A DNA stretch of 63,996 bases, counting the filler, from Bigelowiella natans CCMP2755 (taxonomy: Eukaryota > Protista > Cercozoa): the NCBI GenBank assembly GCA_000320545.1. It is 5 parts of 5 records of this genome, joined end to end, with 100 filler letters (N's around TTAATTAATTAA, not from the genome) between each part and the next. Parts side by side here need not be neighbours in the genome. Positions count along the whole stretch, not along the records: positions 1 to 18,200 come from ADNK01002540.1; positions 18,301 to 39,733 come from ADNK01000655.1; 3 more parts are not named here. One strand, 5' to 3'. Below the pieces are notes generated by a model that saw only the letters and a program-made list of their open reading frames with translations, was not told where the DNA came from and did not search any database. The position numbers and the translations under genes were made by a program. Below, one piece after another: positions 13,264 to 23,468 of the stretch; the first letter of the stretch is position 1; every line of letters begins with the position of its first letter.

Positions 13264-13789
13264 GAAAGCCAAACCAATTATATATGCTGAATATCTGTAA
13301 TCACCTGACAAACCAAGAAAACGGAGATTGGCCAGCTCCGTTTCTCGAAATAATACCAGTGGTAGGATCGCCCGGAAAATAGGGTTTCTCCCACGTCTTC
13401 ACATCTTCCCTTTTGGGCCAAGACTTTGCAATATCTGCACTCAACTTTAATCTTGATGGCAGCCCCTCCACATAGTCCCAAAATAGCGATCTTGCTTTAA
13501 CCACTTCCTCGGTATTAAGGACTCCCTTAGCAACCACATAACCAAACTTTTCCAGGTATTGAAGACCTTCCGCCCTCTCCTTTTCGTCTCCAAAATCAAA
13601 CCGGGGTGTTTCCGGGTATGACACTGCACCCTGAATAGCAGAACCTTGCCCTACCTGATCAGTCTGCAATTCGTCAGTTTTCTTTTTCTCCTCTTGTTGT
13701 TGTTGTTGCTGCTGCTGCTGCTGCTGATCCTGCTGCCGTGTGCCTTTTGATGGTGGCTGCTGGGCATCATCACCACCTTTCTTCGTCAT
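12295..13789 (-). CDS. Phytanoyl-CoA dioxygenase (PhyH)-like Fe(II)/2-oxoglutarate dioxygenase, 2 exons (13789-13305, 13147-12295)
   Basis: LEKFGYVVAKGVL, HVDQN (HxD), VQGLVSLYDQ...GGLTVIPGS, AGDLCLWDSRVVHCN and RLVCYVCM. A GT-AG intron joins the two ORFs in frame. Confidence 0.88.
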
Positions 13790-13898
13790 CGTCTATCCTT
13801 AAAGAAAATCTACTTGGGATAATAACGGTAATAACAGGTAATTACCGGGTGTTTGTTCAAAACATGTAAATTACAATTAGAGGCCTCTCACGCAAAAT

Positions 13899-13977
13899 TA
13901 AGTATACTGAAATTCAGTACTTACAACTGTCAGTGACGGTCACTGACAGTTGTAAGTACTGAATTTCAGTACACTTA
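13899..13977. repeat. 79-bp near-perfect palindrome (39-bp arms, 1-nt centre, 1 mismatch)
   Basis: taagtatactgaaattcagtacttacaactgtcagtgac-g-gtcactgacagttgtaagtactgaatttcagtacactta. Confidence 0.95.
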
Positions 13978-14000
13978 CTTACGCTGTTTGGAAAAAATTA

Positions 14001-15226
14001 GTGTTGGCCGATTTCCTGGAACCCTCCTCGATGCGACAGGCTTGCAGGTCACACACGAGGCCTCTGGCTTTGTTGAATGACAAGCATCCTGTGAGTGTTT
14101 CTCTGACCAAAAGTTGCAATGCTTTGAGAGACAAGTGTGTGCAGATGGTTGCTGACAAAGGGTTGGTTGCCAAGATTCCCACTTGGGTGGAGCCAGATGA
14201 TGACGCATGCGAATCAGACAGTGATGGCTGATCTTGACATGTGCATCATCATCAAAGTGTTGGAATGAGCCACAATGCAATCATGAATGAACGTTTGCAA
14301 AACATGCTCGTGCACGCAGCTGCCTGCTAGCCTGCTCCACGTGATTCATCATGATCCTGTGTGCACCCTGCTGGCGCAACCTGCCCAGCTAGCTGCAATT
14401 GCGCTCCCAATTGTTTGCGCCAAAAACAAGAAAAATTGCACACGAAATCGGAAGTGAATTGTTCCAGCAATGTTGGAGTGCTTTGCACTCAGCGCGCGAA
14501 GTGCTTGCTTGTGTTGGCCAGCTGCAACGGCAGAGAGATCTGCGGGCGTTTGCAGGCTGCGACAAGCAACATGCACGTGGTTGAGAATGCAGCCGAAGTG
14601 CAATGTGCGAGATCGTTTGTTGCTTGCTAGCTTGCGCTGGTGCGTGGTGCAGCTGCTGTCCCTGGTCCAGCCAGCTGGCCAGGTGAAAACGACGAACAAC
14701 AACACGACAGACACAGCAATGCACTGTGTGCATCACGTGTGTTGTGCATTGCATGTCCATCGATCATGAGTGTGCACTGTGCACGTTGCACACGTTGTGC
14801 ATTGCGTGTCCATCGTGAACACCAGGCTGGCGCAGGTGCTGCATGCCAGCGCAAGCGAGCGCTGTGATGCTGCAATCATTGCAACAATGAACGCAGCTGC
14901 GTGTGCAGCACGGCTTCGATCGCTTCCAGGCTTGCTGGCTTGCGCCGTGGCATGCTGTGTGTTCTTGCAAGTGTTGCACCTGCTTTTCAAGTTGCGCCAC
15001 TGTTCGAATCGCTGACTGCAATGATCAACTTGTCGCTTGCTCATTCATGATGAAGTGGCAGTTTCAAAAATTCCAACGAAAGTGAACAACGTGTGAACGA
15101 TTTGAATTGTGGAATGCACATCAACAACGACACGTGATGGATTTCAGATCAGCCATGCTCCTCTCCAGCATCTCTTGTGCTGTTGGGTCGTCAGCATTCT
15201 CATTGGCCATGGAGCGAGCCAACTTG
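14001..15226. mobile_element. Hypermutated, nearly TpA-free relic of repeat/foreign DNA with two convergent degenerate ORFs and a mutated hairpin-repeat copy
   Basis: Only 3 TpA in about 1225 bp, all in CTAG. ORF 14001-14231 has no Tyr. The domain contains a homologue of the 28332-28413 hairpin repeat. Element class not identifiable. Confidence 0.55.
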
Positions 15227-15502
15227 TACCTTTTCATCATCATCAATTCCATGTGCAAATCCTCCAACTTTCTCTTTGATTTGGACGGTTTGGTGGCACA
15301 TTTTTTTTCATCCCTGATCACAGGAGGGACCTTTGATGCTGTCTTGGTTCCATCAAATTTTTTGTCCGGGTCCATCTCAGTTAGCACTCCTTCTCTTACA
15401 TCCTTGAATTGATCAGAGCACATCACCTTGAACCAACACAATGCAGATGGTCGTCGTTTGGAGTCCTGCAAAAATTAGGGAAGTCTTCCTCCGATCCAGA
15501 TT

Positions 15503-15636
15503 CGTCGTGCATTCGAGAACAGAGATCTAGATCAGATGTTCTCAAACATGCTGATTGGAACTCAGGTTGTAGTCGGTTGGTGGTTTTGTAGTTGTTGCTG
15601 CTGCTGCTGTTGCTGTCACTAGTGGTTGAAGAAGAA
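15503..15636 (+). repeat. 134-bp duplicated fragment of the OTU gene (copy of 10063-10196) spanning an exon/intron boundary
   Basis: Direct comparison shows 4 mismatches in 134 bp. The copy includes the donor ctcag|gttgta and intron sequence. Confidence 0.93.
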
Positions 15637-16313
15637 GGTCAAACTCAAAAGTGATTCACGTTGACTCGAGCTCTTCTCCAATTATTTTGACTACCGAATC
15701 TAAACAAAAGTACAAGGCTAAAACAATAGTTTTAGCATTCCCTCCCCCTTTACTGGCCCGGATCAAGTTCGAGCCTTCCTTGCCTGAAGGCTACGAGCTC
15801 ACGGCAAAAACACAAGTTTGCGGTAGGGTTCTGAAGCTAGTTGGAGAGTTCAAAACCCCTTGGTGGCGATCTAGAGGATTTTGTGGAAAAATTGTTTCTT
15901 TTACCGAGAAGTTTATGGATGAGGCATATGACACCAGTCATGAAAAGGCTGGCGTTCTCGTTGGTTTTGTTGTTGGTGATTGTGCTCTTGAAGTAGTGAA
16001 ACTTGGAAAAGAAGAGCTGACGAAGAGATTCAATGATTTTATGGTGGAATGTTTTGGGAAAGGCGGCGAACCTTTGAAAGAGCTTCACTACCAAAATTGG
16101 TTGTCTGATGATGATGCACTTGCAGCTTACACATCTTTACCAAATTTCGGAATGTGGAAACATCATTCACAAGGGTATTTTCACTCCGCAGGGGCAATGT
16201 ATTTTGCGGGAACAGAATATTCTCGATCATGGTCTGGATTCGTGGATGGCGCCCTCGAGTCAGGGAAACAAGTTGCGAAGAGGATCTTGAAGGCCAATGA
16301 ATTCTCGAAGTAA
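15637..16313 (+). pseudogene. C-terminal half of a flavin-containing amine oxidase (MAO family), 5'-truncated
   Basis: KAKTIVLAFPP, KLVGEFKTPWWRSRG and MYFAGTEYSRSWSGFVDGALESGKQVA are present. No GxGxxG FAD-binding N-terminus is found upstream, and the fragment abuts the duplicated OTU piece. Confidence 0.7.
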
Positions 16314-16423
16314 CTTGAGTCACTTGCGCACGTTCTCTTGATGCGTCCGTCTCTAGAGATGGCATTCCGCGATCCTAGTAACACTGCATAGCTACATTCA
16401 GCTCACACATAGAGAGAGGGAGG

Positions 16424-16466
<43 letters not shown>

Positions 16467-16609
16467 CATTTGCCGCCTGCATCGTTCATTTGTGAGATCA
16501 TAGCACCTTTAAAACATGACTAAATTCTCATTTGTTAATGTCACATGCGTGCCTACATGTACACTCGCAATGCTTGTACGTTACAACCAAGCGTAGGACT
16601 GAAAAGTCT

Positions 16610-17210
16610 TAACATGCTAGTATGTGCACTCCATAGTACTAGAGTAGCTAAAATCTAGAAATGCTAGAATGACTAGATGGATACATTAGATGTAAATGTG
16701 TCTAAGACACCCACTAGCTAGCCAGTCTAGCAGTCCAGACGAAATAGCTAGCTAGCTAAGCTAGGCTAAGCCAAGACCGTTCCAGTCTATTCACTAGCAA
16801 CCTAGTCCTAGCTAGCTAGTGACCTAGTGACGCTGAGCTAGCTCAGAACCTTCTAGAGCAGACGTCCAGACCCGCACTAGCTAGCTAGCGCTGTAGCGCT
16901 ACCAGCCCTCGCTAGCCCTGGCCTGGCAGCTTGGAGCGGCTGTGGCTACTAGCTAGGTGGCACAAAAATTGATAGCTGCATACGCACATCAATAAGACAC
17001 GCTAGCTAGCACGTACAACACTAGAGCATGCACTTCTCTACTTTTAGACATGATCGAGCAGTCCGACGCTCTACAGAGCGCTGCAACAAAACTCACAGGC
17101 ATTCTAGCAATGTTTAATATGACTGTAGGGTTGCGCAATACTAGAATAGCGTGCTAGCAAGTAGCGCTAGCTAGCTCTGGAACTACAGGATCTTGCACAT
17201 GCTAGCACGG
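16610..17210. repeat. CTAG-rich intergenic tract
   Basis: Dense CTAG, e.g. atagctagctagctaagctaggctaag and cctagtcctagctagctagtgacctag. Confidence 0.8.
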
Positions 17211-17373
17211 ATTGAACATGCGGGATGAACGATTCAGCGACAATGATGAGATTTATTTCACATTGGTAACAATTGGGCAAAGGGAACACGGTATATTGCT
17301 GTAATTTGCATTTACATCGATGTTTATTTGTGTTTGGGTACATGCAGTAAGCGCACTGAAGCTGTCTATTGTA

Positions 17374-17412
<39 letters not shown>

Positions 17413-17642
17413 CATATAATATTTCATTTTCTCTCCGTATCCTTGGTTGGTGATAAAATTGACGGGGAGTTGTAGGTTTACAGGGATTAGGGTACTCCTT
17501 CTATGGACGATCTATCGTTACTGATGCTGCTGTTGTTGTTGCTGCTGCTGCGCCTTTTTCAGATTGTTAAGGAGGACCCCTTTTGTCTGATTAGATAGTG
17601 AATGTCATGCATTATAATACACAAGGAGAAAGGAAGATAAGG

Positions 17643-17681
<39 letters not shown>

Positions 17682-17735
17682 ATCGTTTGTAGAAAAAGTA
17701 TTCCATTTTCTTCTAAAATCCAGCTTTTGGTTGTT

Positions 17736-17769
<34 letters not shown>

Positions 17770-17789
17770 GATGGATGCACTATGACTCT

Positions 17790-18131
17790 ACTTGGGCTAC
17801 TTATATCCGGCACTTCTGTGTATTCTCTCATGCATTATTCGTGTATGCGATCGTTAGTTGGTTTAAACAGCAATCCACCAACCTGAACTGAGAGCTTTGA
17901 AAATCCCCACAGCACAGAGACAGCCTTTAAATCATAAAAATTATGCACGCCTTTAGAGAACCGATGTAATGAAACTAGTATCATCATCATCACCATCACC
18001 ATCCCCATCATCAATATCATTATCATTATAAAATACCTCATCATCTGTGCAGCTATGGAGTGCTCGGGCTCTACGATGTAGAGATATGATAAGACTCTGG
18101 GAGACTTAGGTACAATCTCATACATAGCAAC
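17790..18131 (-). CDS. 3' exons of an unidentified gene (possibly continuing the CLASP-like gene across the gap)
   Basis: Exon VAMYEIVPKSPRVLSYLYIVEPEHSIAAQMM is bounded by ag/gt and microsatellite-containing introns. Confidence 0.35.
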
Positions 18132-18200
18132 CTATCTGAGTACTATACTCTTCAAATCAGCTATTGGTGAACGTAGATGATACCATGAACATACACGACC

Positions 18201-18300
18201 NNNNNNNNNNNNNNNNNNNNNNNNNNNNNNNNNNNNNNNNNNNNTTAATTAATTAANNNNNNNNNNNNNNNNNNNNNNNNNNNNNNNNNNNNNNNNNNNN
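18201..18300. other. Artificial contig linker (N run containing TTAATTAATTAA)
   Basis: Stop-in-all-frames spacer, identical to the three other gaps. Confidence 0.97.
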
Positions 18301-18301
18301 C

Positions 18302-18347
<46 letters not shown>

Positions 18348-18450
18348 TGTGTGTGTGAGCGTGTGTGTATTTGTATTGTAATTTAAGTATTAAACTGAAA
18401 TAGGTGTGCGAGATGAAATGCACTGATGCCCAGGCAGCACGGCTACTCAC

Positions 18451-18721
18451 CTCGCTGAGAATGTGTGTCGAGAAGATCTGGTTGCAGATAATTTGTCCTG
18501 CGTGCATTTGGAATCTGCGAGAGTAGCATCAGAAGATTAAAAAATTACACGATTGTAAAGTCTTGAGCAAACAAGCTCTCCTCTTCATTTCGGCGATCTG
18601 AAAGACTGCTGACCTTCTCATTACGCTGTTGGACTGTGGACGCTCCAAAAGAACATCCATGATCCTCTGTTGCGAATGATAAAGATGATAGGAGTACACA
18701 AATATACACACAAACGCATCA

Positions 18722-18770
<49 letters not shown>

Positions 18771-19720
18771 CGATTTGATGAGTGCAATAAAATTTATGTT
18801 TTTCCCACTTAAATGCACATTCTATTTATCACACCTCCGAAAACTTCTTGTCCATGCATCGCCTGACTATGCTCGCCACAGCGAAAGACGCTTCCCGCAC
18901 AATTTCCGAGCGCAATGACTTGAGGGATCTTGAGATTCCTTGACCCAACTCCGATTTGTTCTCAGCAAAGGCCACGTGAAAATCTGAACACACAGCATAT
19001 CATGATGTTTGCTACGATTTCTACCGGTCTACAATTGTACATTTCCGCGGTATCTTTATAGCAATTTAGCACGGAGGAGTGGGATCAGAGTCATGGAAGT
19101 TTTGTTTGTTCTCCTAGGGCGCGGTTGCACCGCCCCCTCAATGAATACGAACGATTGGGATCATCATTTCCCTCTCCTCATCATTTATTGCTTGCAGTTG
19201 GGGTGAAATGGAAAACGGTGGCATACCTTCTCTTCTCGTAAGGTAGGATAGATTTGCCAGGCCTCTGTATCTCTCCGTCCATGCTGTAGCATTAAGAAAC
19301 AGAAGAAAACACAATTGAAGTCGGTCTGCAATAGAATCGACTCTTTCCCTTTGTTTCTCCGACGATCATACCTGTCTTTGAGTCCGTAAGTGTGGAAGCT
19401 ATATTGCTGAGACTATGTTTCAACCAAAACAGCATTATTTAGAGCGGCCTCTTCCCTCAACCCGAACATTACTAATTCACTATGTGCCTCTGTGTGGCAG
19501 AGAGGTCTCTTTCTTAACAATCAATGAAGAAGCTGACGAGCATCACACACACACACACACTCCAAGTAACCCTCTAGTATATTGAAACGAAATTCTTTCC
19601 TCCTTTGCTGTGTACCTCGTGCTGGTGCTCTTATTACTGAGCTCGTCCATGGGGAGGGGCGTCTCGGTTCGATTCTCTCGGCCAGATTCTGCTTTGATCG
19701 ATTCGTTGAAAAACCGAAAA
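18451..19720 (-). CDS. CLASP N-terminal / TOG (HEAT-repeat) domain protein, partial
   Basis: Exons LKHSLSNIASTLTDSKT|AWTERYRGLANLSYL..|DFHVAF...SLKSLRSEIVREASFAVASI|RIMDVLLERPQSNSVMRRSA. They contain the W..R and LRS.IVREA motifs of CLASP TOG domains. Confidence 0.6.
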
Positions 19721-20613
19721 AACAGCAACGCATTTATCACTTACGACATCAAAATTTCCATGACGTTCTTTTCACATTCGCGGGTATCGAACACACCTTG
19801 GATGTCGGAATCCAGCAGTTACCTCGGTTAGTTAGTTAAATAGTGTTAGTTATTCTGTTCGCGCCCTTGACTTCCCAGCTAGATCTATGTTGTTACACCG
19901 AAGTGATTTTCATAGTGGATGTTGTCTCATAACGGACATTGCGAAAGTCAAAAATTGTATGGCAAAACATAGCAAAATTTTTGACTTATAGGACTAATAA
20001 ACTTTTTTCTTTTTACTTTTAGGTTTGAGGCGTTTATTTTTTTAGGTTTGAGGCTTTTATTCTGGTATATTTAACGGTTTGGGTCAAGTCATGGCGTACG
20101 AACAAGTGTTAGAAGTACACTTGATGTAACCTGGGCAGAGATTATTCTTGTATGTAACAACAGCGGCAACACATCAAGGAGCGACACTCTGTGCTCTCTT
20201 TTTACTTTCAGTTTTCGTGTGTTTATGCAACAGGATGGCCATAATAAATGCCCTACGATTTTTCACCACCTTGCTTTGAGAAATCATTTGTCTTTTGTCC
20301 TGCCGGGTCGCTTTTTCGTGCAACAGGAAAGCCCAAAACCAATTAGTGAACCAATTTCGCGGAGCGGCCTTGAAACCTGCGAACTTCTACCGTAAAAAGG
20401 AATGTCGCAACTAATAATTACATTGCGATTTTTTATTTTAAAGCACTCGGGGCTTTCCCGGATTGGTACCCGAACACCGATCGCTTCTCCAGTATCATTA
20501 TTCAGCCATTGTTAGCAGATCTAGTGTAGCCTCGGAAGCTTCCGGGCCTGCCCCAAAGAACTCCAGAGCCAAAACCGCGTATAGTGACACCCTAGAATAG
20601 TCTCATACAGAGC

Positions 20614-21486
20614 ATGGCTGAGCGAAAGAATGGTCTCCAAAAGAGACCTCCGCCAATTCAAGTCTCCACGTCTCCCGGGTAGAGATCAATCTACAGGCAC
20701 AACGGGAAGGCTGACAGTCACGTTTTTTCCTTCTCTCAGAAATGGAACCATATCCCGTGCAGCAGGGGGAGATCCTGAGGCTCTAAGGTTTCATAAAACA
20801 TCAAGGCTGTGCGTGCTTTCATACGTATTTCGCCCCTCCATTTCGCAGCGTCTGTTCTCTGATATTGCCCACTTGAAAAACAAACCAATAAAAAGGGAGC
20901 GTCATCTCAATCCGCGCGGTGTCTATGGGTCACCACAGCGCTCTAGCGACGTCAACACAACCGACGGGTTATGATAGCGATAGTTGATAATCACACCCTC
21001 GGCTGTTGTAGAGACTATATTGACTGTGATACAGGCAACCTCCAAAGGCGCCCCTCTCCCCTCTCCAAAGGCGCCGTCGGAAGGGGTCAGAGAAGACTCC
21101 CATCCCCCCAGGAAATTCATCAGACCTTTCATTCTTCGACCAGGTAGCATCCCTTCATGATTAGCGGGGAGCGCATCACACCCCAGCTTCATCTGTATAA
21201 CGCTGTTTATAAGTGTTAACAAATTGTGGGTATGACAGGGGGTAATTCAAGGCTCAGCTGGTTATGGTCGCCTGCATGTCAATAGGTGGGGGAATCAATT
21301 ATATGAATAGTAAGAGAACGGTTGTGCTGATAACTTGAGCGACTTCAAACAGCGCTTGGAATTGACCAACATTTTACCACCACCATAGGCGCAATATGTC
21401 AACTCTGGAAATGGATGGAGAGCAGGATATTCAGAAGGTTCTACAAATAATGTGGGCATGTGTTTAATATTGTCTGTGCATGTTTT

Positions 21487-21550
<64 letters not shown>

Positions 21551-21564
21551 TAAAACGTAACTTA

Positions 21565-21599
<35 letters not shown>

Positions 21600-21914
21600 G
21601 CAAAGACACCCGCATCCAACGAACGCCCATTAAAGTTTATGATTCACTTCTCGAAACAGTTTACGATTTGTTTTCCCTTCTCAGGTGGCCGCCCAAACGT
21701 ACCGGCGAGTCATCATCACTGGTCCTCGGAAGGCGCAGCCGGAGGAGAGCGAGGTAGTAGTTTGAAGGACGAATAAGTATAAAAGCGGGCTGTAGAGTAA
21801 GCGTAGGAACGCGTAGAAATGCGATGACAGCTGCTCGCCATTGATAGTATATTCTGGGTCGGCCGATGGGGGGGATAGGATCATACTTTCATGAGAAGAT
21901 CTTCCCGTCATCGT

Positions 21915-21951
<37 letters not shown>

Positions 21952-22153
21952 TCACTCATTCTACAGGCATGTCTGCAGCTAAAGAGCGCGTTGGAAGCGC
22001 GGAGGAAGTACATGGACGACACCCCGGACGTCAACCGCATCGAGGAGAAGAGGATATCTCAAGACCGCAACTACTCCAACGCACAAGAGCCAGAGTTCAT
22101 GTCCCCGACATCTCCAACGAGCAGGAAGTTCCCGCCAAAGTCCAAGGTTGCTC

Positions 22154-22189
<36 letters not shown>

Positions 22190-22560
22190 CAGCCGTACCA
22201 GTAGATGAATGGCACGCAGCGCCTTAGCGTTGAGAGAGATATCGATCGACGGCCAATTGTGTTAATTATTCCGTCTGCGGGACCGCGGCTATTCTTCGTA
22301 GATGATCTACGACGAATTCTATTTTCCCTCATCGTAACGATCGATTATCCACACATACACATATTAATATATATATACTATACGTTTCCCTCTCGCCACG
22401 TAGCACGGATTTAAGATGGTGAAGGGGTGCTTCGAGGCTTTCGAGCTGGAAGGAGAGAAGAAGAAGTTCAGGCCATTGCCGATTGAAGGTTTCTTCGATG
22501 ACCTCCAGGTCAGCAGCGGCGGCGGCTGCTATGCAATCGCTATCCTTACCCCCCTCCCCA

Positions 22561-22598
<38 letters not shown>

Positions 22599-23003
22599 AT
22601 GCGATGGAACGGTCTGCTAGATGTGGAAGGCTCTCTCGCCCAACCTCCTTCTCTTTGCTTTAGTACCGCATGGACCCGTTGGGTGCGGTGTGAAAATTGG
22701 ATCATCATCGTTTGTCGTCGTTTTCTCATTCTGGCAGGAACTCATGGAGATCATATCGTTTGGGCCTTGCAAGACGTTCTCCTACAACCGCCTTCGGTAA
22801 CACTCACCCATTGGACAATACTTCCGCTCTCCCCTCTCCCCTCTCCCCTCCCCCCCTGTAATATCCTTTTGAGTCTTGTCGTCGTAAGGGTCCTGGAGGC
22901 GCGCTTCCAGCTCCATCTGCTACTGAACGACCACCTTGAGTTGCTGCAGCAGAAGGGCGTATCGCACCGTGATTTTTACAATGTAAGCAATCGGAATGAG
23001 AAA

Positions 23004-23036
<33 letters not shown>

Positions 23037-23429
23037 AAGTTTTAACAAGGGGGGGGGGGTTGGGGGGGGGGGGTTTACGGAAAACGGTTTGGGGGGGCCC
23101 AAAGGGTAGGGTCTCATTGGGGTTCCGGGCGGAATGGGGAAAAGGGGGGAAAAGGGTGTTTTCCTTTTTTCACAGGGGCCGCGGGGGGGGTCGGTGGGGG
23201 TTCCAAGGGAAGGGATTAACCCAAAAAATTTCCCGCGGTACGTGCTACGATGAACCATCACGGACGGACGATATGAATGGTGGTGGTGATGATTATGGCG
23301 AGGAAGATGGCGACGGTCAATGCCGGCTGCGAAAACTAAGTCGCTTGAGTTTCCAGTTATTTTCACGCATGTGCGCTGTTACAGTGTAGCGCCTTTGCTT
23401 GGTGTGTTTGTCCCCGTTATTCATTGCTG

Positions 23430-23468
<39 letters not shown>

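Noticed and set aside
18201-18300. TTAATTAATTAA inside N runs (also at 39734, 59407 and 62840)
   Set aside because: Artificial contig spacer. Adjacency across these gaps is not guaranteed.
20923-21222. Minus-strand ORF in the AMPD 5' region as a retroelement fragment
   Set aside because: No RT, endonuclease or integrase motif. It may be antisense to an AMPD N-terminal exon.
23004-23236. Apparent loss of the AMPD zinc-binding exon (VRKVDxHxH...MNQKHLLR), replaced by G-rich sequence
   Set aside because: Looks like low-quality sequence after a poly-G run. Its end (attaacccaaaaaatttcccgcg|gtacgt) is a garbled MNQKHLLR plus donor, so an artefact is more likely than a pseudogene or G-quadruplex element.
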